A DNA stretch of 64,000 nt, from positions 416,001 to 480,000 of the forward strand of contig CAWBBV010000007.1 in assembly GCA_963787125.1 (NCBI GenBank), read 5' to 3'. A program made the position numbers and the translations under genes. Within the stretch, counting starts at the first letter, position 1; each line of letters begins with the position of its first letter. Shown here piece by piece: positions 9,176 through 18,738 of this stretch. The notes beneath the pieces are model-generated. The model searched no databases and had not been told where the DNA came from. It saw only the letters and a program-made list of their open reading frames with translations. This DNA comes from an uncultured delta proteobacterium (GTDB lineage: Bacteria > Desulfobacterota > Desulfuromonadia > Geobacterales > DSM-12255).

Positions 9176-11410
9176 TTAAATAGAATAGCCTATCCGGAAC
9201 GCGCCCCAATGTTCTCCATCGATAAAGACGGGGGCGGAGATGTCCCACATCTTCTCTCCCGTGTCGCGGTTATATGTCTGCACGAGGACACCCTCAAGGT
9301 TATGTGCCCCGTTCAACCCAACCGGATCATTGAACATCCGTTTTGTCCGGTTACCAAGCTTGTCTTTTTCTATGTTGCCGGTCAGAGGTTTGCTGAATTT
9401 GGTGTTGTGTGTCGGCAGGTAGCCATTTTTGTCAACCAGGACGGCAAAGACAACCTGATCGTCCAGTTGCAGAAATTTATCAAGGGGTTGCTGGATATTA
9501 AGATCAGTGTAGCTGTCGTATGCTGTATGATATTTTTGCGGGTCAGTCCCCGGAATTGGGATGTAGTTAGTGTCGAACAGTTGAGACCGGGTCAGATGGC
9601 CTTTGGCAAGTGCTGCCGATAATATTTCAACCATTATGGAGGCACCCTCAGCGGCGCTTTTGCAGCCTTTTTCCTGGATCTCATGTTCCAGCAGGTTTCT
9701 CAGCTTCTCTGACAACTCCTTAATGTTGAGAATGGCTAAATCGGTTTCGCCGGTGGTGTCCGCGACTTGATGAGCTGCATCTCTCACTTCATTCATAGTT
9801 TCGGCAATCTGCTGGCAGGCTGAGGTCTGCTGTTTGGTCGAAAGCGTTATCTCTTTTGCAGTCTGGGCGGTTTTTTCAACAACTTTCATGAGTTGCGCAA
9901 ACGATAGATCTACTTTCTCAACCTGCCTGCCCGAGGCTTCAACACCTTTAGAGCCCTCTACTGTCAGTGTGATGGTGTTGTCTGTCGCCAGCCGTATTTC
10001 AGTGATCAACTCTCTGATCTGTCTGGTGGCGTTGACTGTGCGCTCAGCCAAACGTCGTACCTCTTTGGCAACCACGGCAAACCTTTTACCATGCTCACCG
10101 GCACCAGTGGACTCTATGGCGGCATTCAGGGCAAGAAGGTTTGTCTGATCGCTGATGCCGTCAATAATTTCAATAATCCCGCCGATTCGCTGACTGTCTT
10201 CGCCAAGTCGGATCATGCTCTTTGTTATCTCCGCTACCTGCGACTTTAATAATTCCATGCCGTCAATTGCAGCACTTACATCTGCAGAACCGGAAATGCA
10301 GGTATTGTTGGCTTCATCGGCCCAATTCTCCACGAGTCCGGCATTGTTCATTATTTCTCTAGCAGTTATGGCAACTTCGCTGGCTGTTGCTGTGAGTTGC
10401 TGCACTGATGCTGCCAACTCGGTTGTCGACGACGACTGCTGAAAGCTGATTGTCGCTAATTGTTCAGATGAGCCTGCCAACTGGGAAACAGCGTCTTTAA
10501 TTGAGATGAAGAGTAACTTGCTTTTGCCGATCTCCAGTTTCAGGTTTTTCACAATTATTGAGGTCATCCTGTTGAAAGCGGCTGATACTGTGCCGATTTC
10601 ATCGTTACTGAGAACAGGGATCTCTTCTTCAAGTTGGCCGTCTGCAAGTCGTGTTACCGCCGCTGTCAACATATGCAGTGGTTTTATCAAAAGAGAAACT
10701 ACCGCGATGATTGTGAGCGAAGATATGACGAGCATGAGCAGCATCGCGGTAATGATGTGGCTTCTTAACTCGGCAATCCTTTTTTCAGTTTTAGCCATTG
10801 AAAATCCGACCCGAAATGCACCCCAATGTTTATCCTTGACATATACCGGGGCGGAGAAATCCCACATTACCTCACCGGTATCACGCTGATAATCCTGTTT
10901 GAGAAACTCGCCGACGTTTTTTACTGAGGCAAGACCGACAGGGTCATTGAAAATTCTTTTTGAACGGCTGAATGCCTTGTCTTTTTCAATATCACCTGTT
11001 TGTGGCAGTGAAAATTTGGAGTTGTGCGCCGGAGCGTAGCCGTTGCGATCAAGCAGGGCGGCATAAGCAATTTCGTCATCTTTAAGGAATGAGTCTTCTA
11101 TGGCCGGGATAATTTTTTCCAGATAGGCATCGTATTTTGTGTTGAATTTAGGTGGGTTGCTTCCGGGGATTGGAATATAGTTGCTGTCAAGTATCTCCTC
11201 AACTTTGAATTTTCCCTCTGCAACCGCCCTGTTAAGCACAGTCGTCATGCTTGCTGCGCCAGAAATCGCCAGGATACGTCCTTTTGCAAGGATTTCTGCA
11301 CGCATGGTTTCGCTGCGCCAGTTAACAAAATAAACGGTGAACGCAGACATAATAATAATCATGACGATTATAAGTATGCCGACAATTTTTACCGAGAGTT
11401 TTTTCGCCAT
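9176..11410 (-). CDS. Methyl-accepting chemotaxis protein with the same Cache-like domain N-terminal (periplasmic) and C-terminal
   Basis: TM-sensor-TM-HAMP (DEIG...AFNRM), MCP hairpin QTNLLALNAAIE...GEHGKRFAVVAKEVRRLAE; internal domain duplication. Confidence 0.9.
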   Translation of the reverse strand: MAKKLSVKIVGILIIVMIIIMSAFTVYFVNWRSETMRAEILAKGRILAISGAASMTTVLNRAVAEGKFKVEEILDSNYIPIPGSNPPKFNTKYDAYLEKIIPAIEDSFLKDDEIAYAALLDRNGYAPAHNSKFSLPQTGDIEKDKAFSRSKRIFNDPVGLASVKNVGEFLKQDYQRDTGEVMWDFSAPVYVKDKHWGAFRVGFSMAKTEKRIAELRSHIITAMLLMLVISSLTIIAVVSLLIKPLHMLTAAVTRLADGQLEEEIPVLSNDEIGTVSAAFNRMTSIIVKNLKLEIGKSKLLFISIKDAVSQLAGSSEQLATISFQQSSSTTELAASVQQLTATASEVAITAREIMNNAGLVENWADEANNTCISGSADVSAAIDGMELLKSQVAEITKSMIRLGEDSQRIGGIIEIIDGISDQTNLLALNAAIESTGAGEHGKRFAVVAKEVRRLAERTVNATRQIRELITEIRLATDNTITLTVEGSKGVEASGRQVEKVDLSFAQLMKVVEKTAQTAKEITLSTKQQTSACQQIAETMNEVRDAAHQVADTTGETDLAILNIKELSEKLRNLLEHEIQEKGCKSAAEGASIMVEILSAALAKGHLTRSQLFDTNYIPIPGTDPQKYHTAYDSYTDLNIQQPLDKFLQLDDQVVFAVLVDKNGYLPTHNTKFSKPLTGNIEKDKLGNRTKRMFNDPVGLNGAHNLEGVLVQTYNRDTGEKMWDISAPVFIDGEHWGAFRIGYSI

Positions 11411-11668
11411 GTCCCCTCCTGATTGAGAAAAACTGAATTAATGTAGCGCAAAAAGCGACTTGTGTAAATAAAATAGCGTTATACTGTGTTGTGCTTTGCT
11501 GTTGGGCATGTTATATGTTTTTTAATGTTTGCTGGTGCTGTAAATGTAATTACATGATATTGATGTTCTACTTCTAACTGGGGATGCTACGTCAGGTTTG
11601 ATTGCAATAAGTGGTAATAAATTGGCAGCTATGTTATCAGTTGAGCAATAAGGCTAACGGGGAACGTA

Positions 11669-12505
11669 ATGGAACAGGTGAAACAGCTGGGTACGCTGCT
11701 GGTTGAGAAGGATATTATCTCAACCAAAACTCTTGAAAGGGCTCTTGTTCGGCAAAAGGGGAGTGGTAAGAGACTCGGTGTCGTGCTTGAAGAGATGGGC
11801 GTAATAACAGAAGAAGAGCTGGTGGATGCCCTCGGAAAGCAGTTCGGCTTCAAGACGGCCAAGGGTTTCGCCGGCTACTCATTCCCTCACGATATTTTAA
11901 AGCATATTCATGTGGATATGGCGGTTCAAAAACTGATCTTTCCGCTTAAGGTGCACGACGGTATGCTTGCCATTGCGGTTACGGATCCATTCGATCTTGA
12001 CACCTTTGATTTTTTGACGAAAAAGACCGGCATGAAGATTCTGCCGGTTTTGTCAACCAGAGAAGAGATAATGGCGGCAATAACAAACCACTATCTTAAA
12101 GGCAAAAGTGAAGCTTCGGGGCGGAAAAAGGTTTTAGTCGTTGATGACACTAGTACTGTAACTGCAATAATTGCAGCTGCTCTCAGTAAAGAGGGGTATG
12201 CAGTTTTTGAGGCAGGTGATGGTGTTGAAGGTCTCAAGTTGGCGATGGCAGAGAGACCTGACCTTATTATCTGTGACTCAATCATGCCAAGAATGGACGG
12301 ATTTGCCATGATGAGAGCCATCAGGGCAAATCCAGCGACAGCTTCAATCCCTGCCATTCTTTTGACGTCAAAAGCAAGCGGGGAAGATGAACAACGTGCA
12401 TTTGAAGCAGGGTTCCTCGATTTTGTGCCAAAACCGGTCCAGCCAATCAGGATCATTTCAAGGGTAAAGCGGGCTTTTACCCTGATTACGGCCATGAAAA
12501 AGTAA
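11669..12505 (+). CDS. MshEN/GspE_N domain + receiver domain protein
   Basis: QLGTLLV...L.RAL.RQ...RLGVVL...G.I...L..AL..Q tandem motif; REC domain VVDD..ICDSIMP..LTS..KP. Confidence 0.85.
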   Translation: MEQVKQLGTLLVEKDIISTKTLERALVRQKGSGKRLGVVLEEMGVITEEELVDALGKQFGFKTAKGFAGYSFPHDILKHIHVDMAVQKLIFPLKVHDGMLAIAVTDPFDLDTFDFLTKKTGMKILPVLSTREEIMAAITNHYLKGKSEASGRKKVLVVDDTSTVTAIIAAALSKEGYAVFEAGDGVEGLKLAMAERPDLIICDSIMPRMDGFAMMRAIRANPATASIPAILLTSKASGEDEQRAFEAGFLDFVPKPVQPIRIISRVKRAFTLITAMKK

Positions 12506-12508
12506 TTT

Positions 12509-13453
12509 TCAGAACTGAAGATTGGGTCTGAAGACGAAGGTAAAACTGTTATTGTCTTTGTCTCTCAAGCTACCTGAATAACTTCTGTTATTCTGCCAGA
12601 TCATCCCAAAATCAACTTTTAACGCCACCATGTAATCTGTCAGCGGCAGTTTCTTCCCGATTATATACTCCTGCCTCAGAAGATTTCCATCAGCCAGGCC
12701 GAAGTCCCATCTGAAGTCAAAGCTACTGTTCTTGAGCCATGAAAGCGCTGATGAGTTGAAGTCGAGGTTACTCCTTCTCAGTCCCAGATAGGCAACGTCA
12801 GCAATCTCGGGATTTTCGTGGAGTTTTGAGCCCAACCTGAAACTCCAACTCAGCTTTTCATCGCTGAAGTTTCTTTCGCCTTTCATTTTCCACTCTATTT
12901 CAACCAATTTGTCATTTATAAGGACATTGTTCTTGATATGCTGATCTGCAAAGGTGAAGAGATACCCCATATAACCTTTGTTAGAGCCGTTACGGGCTTC
13001 ATCCGGCTTTACAAAAGTGACAACGTCACCGAAAAAAATCGAAAAGGAGTAAGGCTCCTGAAAACCTGCTGTTATCGCAGTAATAAGGTTAAGGTCGTCG
13101 CCAAAGCCGGCGCTGTCGTAAAAGCTGCGATTATTTTTTTTCAGGTATGTTCCGAGTAGCGGCATTGGAAAAAGGCTGGCTTCAAGCAGTACGAATCTGG
13201 GAGTGAGTGAGCCGAGGAAGAGCTTTTTGTAAACAGCCCCTTCATCAGATTCACCTATGTCTGGTATCGCTTTATCGGTAAGGGGAATGTGGAGTCCAAG
13301 GCTGGAGTAATATGCATCCAGCTCTGGAGTCAGTTCCATTTTTGCTTTGCCGGTGTTGACGATAGGTGCTGCCGGAGGGTTTTCGGCTGATAACAGTTTA
13401 AGCGGTGTCAGTAAAGTCAGGACGCATAAAATTGATAAGATGCGGCGGTGCAC
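12509..13453 (-). CDS. Hypothetical exported protein, probable outer-membrane beta-barrel
   Basis: Signal-peptide-like N-terminus, amphipathic strands, C-terminal FTFVFRPNLQF ending in Phe. Confidence 0.55.
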   Translation of the reverse strand: MHRRILSILCVLTLLTPLKLLSAENPPAAPIVNTGKAKMELTPELDAYYSSLGLHIPLTDKAIPDIGESDEGAVYKKLFLGSLTPRFVLLEASLFPMPLLGTYLKKNNRSFYDSAGFGDDLNLITAITAGFQEPYSFSIFFGDVVTFVKPDEARNGSNKGYMGYLFTFADQHIKNNVLINDKLVEIEWKMKGERNFSDEKLSWSFRLGSKLHENPEIADVAYLGLRRSNLDFNSSALSWLKNSSFDFRWDFGLADGNLLRQEYIIGKKLPLTDYMVALKVDFGMIWQNNRSYSGSLRDKDNNSFTFVFRPNLQF

Positions 13454-13620
13454 TTATTTCTCGCCGGACTTCAGGTAGAAATAGATAATCAGCAAAAATG
13501 GAAGCGGCATGAATGCCGCTTCCAGATTCCCTTTGAAAAGTTGCCAGGTTGCGAAGCAGACGAGGCCAATTGTGAAGAGTATGGTTAAAAATGCGGGGAG
13601 TTTTCTTGTTAACATCTAAC

Positions 13621-14691
13621 TTAGTTGTCGTAAGTGAGTTTGCGCTCAAGATCCATTGAATGGGAAAGCCTCTTAGCATCCTCCATAGAGATGATATCCT
13701 GCCGGTAGAGCTGCAACAGATGCTGGTCCAGGGTCTGCATCTGGTAGAGAGACTGCCCGTTTTCAATATGTTTTTCAATCTCCTCGAGTCTGCCTTCGCG
13801 AATGCATGTCTGGATAGTTGTTGTGGATCTCATGATTTCGACTACCGGTAAGATCCTTTCGCCGGTTTTGTCTTTTATAAGCCTTAAGGAGACAACTGCG
13901 ACAAGAATGTCGGCAAGTCGCTGCCGCACAATCTCTTGAGATTCCGGCGGGAAGTTGCCGAGGAGTCTGTTAATTGTTGATACAGCGCTCTGGGTGTGAA
14001 GAGTTGAAAAAACCAGATGTCCTGTCTCGGCAGCTTTTATGCACGAGTCGATGGTCTCCTTGTCTCGCAGTTCGCCAACCATTATGACGTCCGGGTCCAT
14101 TCTGAGCGATGCTTTGAGGGCGGCATTAAAGTCAATAGTGTCAATGCCCACTTCACGCTGGATAATGCAGCTGCGTTGCGATGTGAACAGGAATTCAATA
14201 GGATCTTCTATGGTAATGATGTTGTAAGTCTGGCTTTCGTTCAATAGCCGTATCATTGATGCAAGCGTAGTGGACTTGCCGTTGCCTGTCGGCCCGGTTA
14301 CAAGAATCAGCCCGTTGGGCGCCTTTACGATTTCAGCGAGAATCGGCGGCAGATTAAGCTCTTCAAGTGTACCGATGTGCGGAGGGATGACGCGCATGAT
14401 TATGCCAAAGTTTCCTCGCTGCCTGAAAATGCTGACGCGAAATCTCCCGCCGGTCGGCAGAGCGTAAGAGGCATCGAGCTCCTTCATGTCATTGAGCAGT
14501 TTGCGACCGTTATGTTCCATAACAGTCGTCGCGATGAACTCGGTGTCCTTGGGGGTCAAATTCGGTAGTTTGGAGCGGATAAGCTGACCTCTTCCGCGGA
14601 AGAAAGGGGGATTGTCCACTTCAAAGTGGAGGTCAGAGACTTTTTTCTGAAATGCGATGTCCAGGATTTGATTAAGTATTTTTGCGTCCAT
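13621..14691 (-). CDS. pilT: PilT/PilU-family type IV pilus retraction ATPase
   Basis: SDLH, RFRV, Walker A GPTGNGKSTT, TIEDPIEF, LRMDPDVIMVGELRD, AETGHLVFSTLHT; the AIRNLIRE motif is divergent (TIQTCIRE), so probably a paralog. Confidence 0.85.
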   Translation of the reverse strand: MDAKILNQILDIAFQKKVSDLHFEVDNPPFFRGRGQLIRSKLPNLTPKDTEFIATTVMEHNGRKLLNDMKELDASYALPTGGRFRVSIFRQRGNFGIIMRVIPPHIGTLEELNLPPILAEIVKAPNGLILVTGPTGNGKSTTLASMIRLLNESQTYNIITIEDPIEFLFTSQRSCIIQREVGIDTIDFNAALKASLRMDPDVIMVGELRDKETIDSCIKAAETGHLVFSTLHTQSAVSTINRLLGNFPPESQEIVRQRLADILVAVVSLRLIKDKTGERILPVVEIMRSTTTIQTCIREGRLEEIEKHIENGQSLYQMQTLDQHLLQLYRQDIISMEDAKRLSHSMDLERKLTYDN

Positions 14692-14744
14692 GGGTAGATC
14701 CTTCCCTGTGTTAAAAGTCAGTTGAGCTCAACAGCCTGCAGTTA

Positions 14745-16496
14745 TCAATGCTGAGATTGAAGCATTTTCTCGAATTTTTTTCGGTAAAGCGCGTTTTCAT
14801 ATACAACTCCGGCATGTGCTACGAGTGTCAATATCATGTCAGAATCAACAGCTGTCGGTTGCCTGGAGCCAAAATCTCCATATGTTACTGCCAGAACTCT
14901 GCCCAGGCATTTAAAAGGGACCACTATAAACTGTCTAGTCGTCGGCGGTTCGATTTGACTGTAAATCTTTTCAGCCAGGAGCTGATTGTTGCTTTCTCCC
15001 GAGAAAATAGTTCCACTCGAAACGGCTTGATGCAGCGGAGAGTCACCTTCCAGCGGCATACTGATAGCGAGTGGCTCAATAGTCGCTGAAGTAGAGATGC
15101 TGTCGCAAATCAGTTCGGATCTACGCACCACAAAAGTGACGGCACGAACCATGACAGTGGCTACATATCGGTCGATTACCGCTGTAATTTCATTGAGCTC
15201 TCTCTGCGTAGTCATTTTGCGCATAGCTTCTGTGAAAATATCGGGTAGAGCTGTTCCCATCTTTGCCGGGGAAACTTTCAGGCATTTTTTCACAGTTTCG
15301 AGAAAATAGATCGAGTCTTCTACAAAAGAGTCTTTTCGCAGGATATTGTCAGGCTTCGGAATCGCTGCACGGGCTCCTGAGCGCATTACATCGAGAGTGC
15401 CTCTGTAGTTGCCACTGTTTGTCAGATGAAAAACAGGAAGCCCCGGGTGTTTTTCTAAAATCCTTGAGGTCAAACCGGCCAAGTCCACGAGAGAAGGTTG
15501 TTGCGGCTGGTCGAGAAGTATCACAGGCAGCAGCTGTTTTGAAAGTGACTGATTGATTATAAGGTCGAGGTGATCTTCTTCGTCGGTAGAAAAGGTAAAG
15601 AACCCCTCCTGTTTGCAAGCGGTCATAACGGTGTGACGGATGAATTCAGAGCTGCTGAAAATTATCAGGGCATGGGTTGTTACCTGAGAATGTTCACCAG
15701 TGTCGCCAACAGCGTTAATAACAGTTTTCGAAAGGTAGGAAAAGAGCTGTTCTTGTTGCTCTTGAGGGATATTGTCGAGAGAAGCGCCGGTCTTGTCCCG
15801 GTGAATAATCGTCGGGTCGTGTATCTTGACCGGGGTGAAAAATCCGGGGATCACCTTTTCCAGGTCATCCATAACATCCAGACCAAGATCGTCGATTGAA
15901 ATGATCTGATCGTTGTCAGCTGACGAGGTCTGGTTAAAAGAGTCCTGATGCTCTTCTTCCCGCTGGAATGTATCTTCCATCAACGTGCCGTCACGTTTCT
16001 TTTCATCATAGATGCGCAGGGCATCCATAAGCACATTCTGGGTGTTCAGATTCAAATTCTCAGGGATGTAACGATATTCATCTGAAATTACGGTTGCATC
16101 AACATCAAGCTCAAAAGTCCCTTCAGTCCAGGTGAGCACTTCAACAATTGTCAGCTCGATGAGTGTCTCAAGCCCTTTAAAAGCATCTTCCTTCTTGAGG
16201 TTGCCGCTCTCAATCAACGAAGCAATCAGAGGTATCCTCTCGGCGCCGGCTCGTTTTTGCTCGGCAAGAGTTGCATCAAGGGTCTCGCGGGAGATTTTGT
16301 TCATCTGGACAAGTATCTGGCCGATGCGAACACTATTATTTGAATGATTTGCGCTGACAATGCCGCCATTACTAAAGACGAGCTGACTCTCCCCTTTACT
16401 GCTCTTAAGGCAGAGAGTGCCGGATTTCCTGGTAGCGTGAAGCAGTTGGATTACGTCCACAATGGGGAGATGCTCAAGATCACCGACAAATGACAT
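14745..16496 (-). CDS. DUF4388 domain protein with MshEN-like segment, degenerate receiver-like and GAF-like regions
   Basis: MSFVGDLEHLPIVDVIQLL...KSGTL, RIGQILV...L..Q, W.EG.F, LMDALRIYDE; C-terminal VVP...V.YGD...ENA. Confidence 0.75.
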   Translation of the reverse strand: MSFVGDLEHLPIVDVIQLLHATRKSGTLCLKSSKGESQLVFSNGGIVSANHSNNSVRIGQILVQMNKISRETLDATLAEQKRAGAERIPLIASLIESGNLKKEDAFKGLETLIELTIVEVLTWTEGTFELDVDATVISDEYRYIPENLNLNTQNVLMDALRIYDEKKRDGTLMEDTFQREEEHQDSFNQTSSADNDQIISIDDLGLDVMDDLEKVIPGFFTPVKIHDPTIIHRDKTGASLDNIPQEQQEQLFSYLSKTVINAVGDTGEHSQVTTHALIIFSSSEFIRHTVMTACKQEGFFTFSTDEEDHLDLIINQSLSKQLLPVILLDQPQQPSLVDLAGLTSRILEKHPGLPVFHLTNSGNYRGTLDVMRSGARAAIPKPDNILRKDSFVEDSIYFLETVKKCLKVSPAKMGTALPDIFTEAMRKMTTQRELNEITAVIDRYVATVMVRAVTFVVRRSELICDSISTSATIEPLAISMPLEGDSPLHQAVSSGTIFSGESNNQLLAEKIYSQIEPPTTRQFIVVPFKCLGRVLAVTYGDFGSRQPTAVDSDMILTLVAHAGVVYENALYRKKFEKMLQSQH

Positions 16497-16591
16497 TCGC
16501 TGCAGACCTCTCAATTAGTCTAATTGTTTGCACACTATAGCGCTAACTGTCACTCCGATTCAAGAAGCTTTTCATTATGAGAAAAGAAGAT

Positions 16592-16622
16592 AAAAAAAGC
16601 CCCGAAAAAGTCGGGTCTTTTG
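16592..16622. terminator. Possible stem-loop/terminator
   Basis: aaaaaaagccccga-aaaag-tcgggtcttttt, imperfect hairpin with A/T tails. Confidence 0.35.
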
Positions 16623-16658
16623 TCTGCCAATTATCTGCCGATAGTCAGAATCTAATTA

Positions 16659-18328
16659 GTGTCCATCCGGAAACCCCAGTTTAAGACGTACTGGACCTCC
16701 GGTCGCTGTTGGCAGTCTCTGCTTCGGAAGATTTTGACTACCACGTAACCAGTTTTATCTGCTCTTTCTCAATTTAATGACGCACTACACCCGTCGAGAT
16801 GCTTTTCGCTGCTGCTTTTGCCTTTTTAAGCCGCTTCCAGCTTGATCCGGGCTATGACCTGAAGGTTGTAGGCAAAGATCGAACTCCAGACATAACGTCT
16901 GAATCCTTCCCAACCTTTCCAGGTGCAGCGGTCAAGCCCGAAAGCTCTCTTGAGTGTGGAGATGTTGGCTTCGATACCGGCACGGAAGTTCCGCAACTTC
17001 TTGTACACCCAGGAACTCTTGGCCATGTCGATTACCGATAACCCGCGCTTCTTGGCAAAAACAGCGTCTTTTACGCCAAGGCCTTTTGCTTCCGTCAGGT
17101 TATCCTTCGATGCAAAGCCACCATCAGCACTTACCTGGCGCGGCACCCTGCGGAAGACCCCTTTGTACCGCTCCAGCATAGGGATGTATTGATCCGAGTC
17201 AGCCGGGTTGCCTTTGGCAATCAGGCAGTCAAGGATCAGGTTGGACTTGCCGCCGGTCAGAAATATCTTGTGGCCGAAGTGGGTCTCACGCCTCTTCTTG
17301 ACGATGATGTCGGTGTGGTCCTCAAAGAAGGATGTCACTTTATCTGATGCCGGCACCTTCTCGTTATGGAATACCCGTCGTTCGGTCTGACTGATAACCT
17401 TTTCCAGTAGACCCACTGCCCGTTTCAGCTGTGCGGCAAGATTCATGGCTGCAAGCATGTCACCAAGACCGTTTGCCTGGTACGCCTGCAGAGCCGGAAT
17501 CGCTTTATTGGCATAGCCGACAACCTTGCCCGCGTAGTGCGTCATGTCACGATAGGCCGAGACTCTATCCTCTTGTTTCTTGGCGTTGAGAATCACCATA
17601 AGCCGTTTCTTGACAACACGGCAATGGTCGCAATAGCTGTAGTCAGGACGGGGAGTAAGGGCATGACCCTCCTCAAGCCAACGGGTGATGACCCTGATCC
17701 CATCCCAGAGCAAGGTGGAATCAGAGGGATCATGAATGTTACTTTCGACAACGGTCGAGTCAATCCTGACTTTACGACCGGTTTCTATGCCGGCTTCCAT
17801 GGCATACTGCATGAGGCAGATATGAACTGCCTCCCAGGTCTCTTCGGAAAGCGGCTTGATGTTTTCCTGAAGAGTCGATGACGACGGATACTGTCCCATC
17901 TCCAGTCGGGCAAAGGCACGAAAGGATTTGGAATCTTCAAGATGAAACGCGAGCTCTTCATAAGAGAGGCTGCGAAACTGTTTCAGGACAACGCAGCGCA
18001 GCACCTGTTCTGCGGTCAGTCCCTCCCGGCCGGTATCCTGACGAGACTCTCTTGTCAGGTCGGAGAACACCAGATCAAGCATCTGGGGAGTGGCGTCGAG
18101 AATAGAAGAAATTGCTGCCAACTCTTTACCAATATCGTGACGCATGGTGACAGAGAAAAGGCTCATCTGTCGTGTCAGTTTTTGTCGCATCCGGAGTACC
18201 CCTGAAACCATAATGTGCAATGTTTACAGCTTGTTATGGTTTCAGGATAGCATAAAACGAGATAAAACTGAACCACTTTATGCAAAATATCTTAACAATT
18301 TCATCCGGTTATCTTTCCGGATGGAAAC
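16659..18328 (-). mobile_element. Insertion sequence (ISNCY/IS5-like DDE), about 1670 bp, intact
   Basis: 15-bp terminal IRs GTGTCCATCCGGAAA (16659-16673) and TTTCCGGATGGAAAC (18314-18328), one mismatch; flanked by direct repeats TAATTA (16653-16658, 18329-18334). Confidence 0.88.
16826..18190 (-). CDS. DDE transposase (ISNCY/IS5-like)
   Basis: LSYEELAFHL, RIDSTVVESNI..P.D, FGHK, ADGGFAS, FRAGIEANISTLKR.FGL.RC.WKG; probable start MRQK at 18190. Confidence 0.9.
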   Translation of the reverse strand: MRQKLTRQMSLFSVTMRHDIGKELAAISSILDATPQMLDLVFSDLTRESRQDTGREGLTAEQVLRCVVLKQFRSLSYEELAFHLEDSKSFRAFARLEMGQYPSSSTLQENIKPLSEETWEAVHICLMQYAMEAGIETGRKVRIDSTVVESNIHDPSDSTLLWDGIRVITRWLEEGHALTPRPDYSYCDHCRVVKKRLMVILNAKKQEDRVSAYRDMTHYAGKVVGYANKAIPALQAYQANGLGDMLAAMNLAAQLKRAVGLLEKVISQTERRVFHNEKVPASDKVTSFFEDHTDIIVKKRRETHFGHKIFLTGGKSNLILDCLIAKGNPADSDQYIPMLERYKGVFRRVPRQVSADGGFASKDNLTEAKGLGVKDAVFAKKRGLSVIDMAKSSWVYKKLRNFRAGIEANISTLKRAFGLDRCTWKGWEGFRRYVWSSIFAYNLQVIARIKLEAA

Positions 18329-18556
18329 TAATTATATTTGCTGCCTTGAGATCCGGGGTCAATGGTTGTCCTGCGCCTGCGGATAAGGCTGCTGATGAGG
18401 GTGTGTGATGGGCCTGCTGCAAGTTTATGCTTAATTGCCTGCTTCTGATTAAATTATGTGCAGATCCCTGGCGGTGGCTTAGAGAATTAGCCATGTTTTG
18501 TTTGACCCTGCGTTGATATTATAGCTAACAGCCTTAAAATAAAGGGTTAAATTAAA

Positions 18557-18572
18557 TGGCACGGCTTATGCT
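18557..18572 (+). promoter_or_regulatory. Sigma54 (RpoN) -24/-12 promoter
   Basis: TGGCACGGCTTATGCT = GG-N10-GC, upstream of a nitrogen-assimilation operon. Confidence 0.8.
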
Positions 18573-18594
18573 TATGTTACGAAAACAATTTGAA

Positions 18595-18643
18595 TGCACA
18601 ATGAAGTGCACATGGTTGATGCAAGGATGGCAAAGATGCTGTC
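18595..18643 (+). promoter_or_regulatory. Putative ANTAR-target dual RNA hairpin in the leader
   Basis: tgcac-AATGAA-gtgca and gatggc-AAAGAT-gctgtc; both are hexaloops with A1 and G4. Confidence 0.55.
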
Positions 18644-18738
18644 GAACAGATTAAAAGATTGATTCAACTTTCCTTTGCTGGTGAACTTAAAATTAAATGG
18701 TTCACGGCCACTAAAACTAATTCAGAGGGGTAGATGAC

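Noticed and set aside
18595..18610. NtrC DNA-binding site (TGCAC...GTGCA)
   Set aside because: One base shorter than the canonical 17-bp site and located downstream of the promoter; an RNA hairpin fits better
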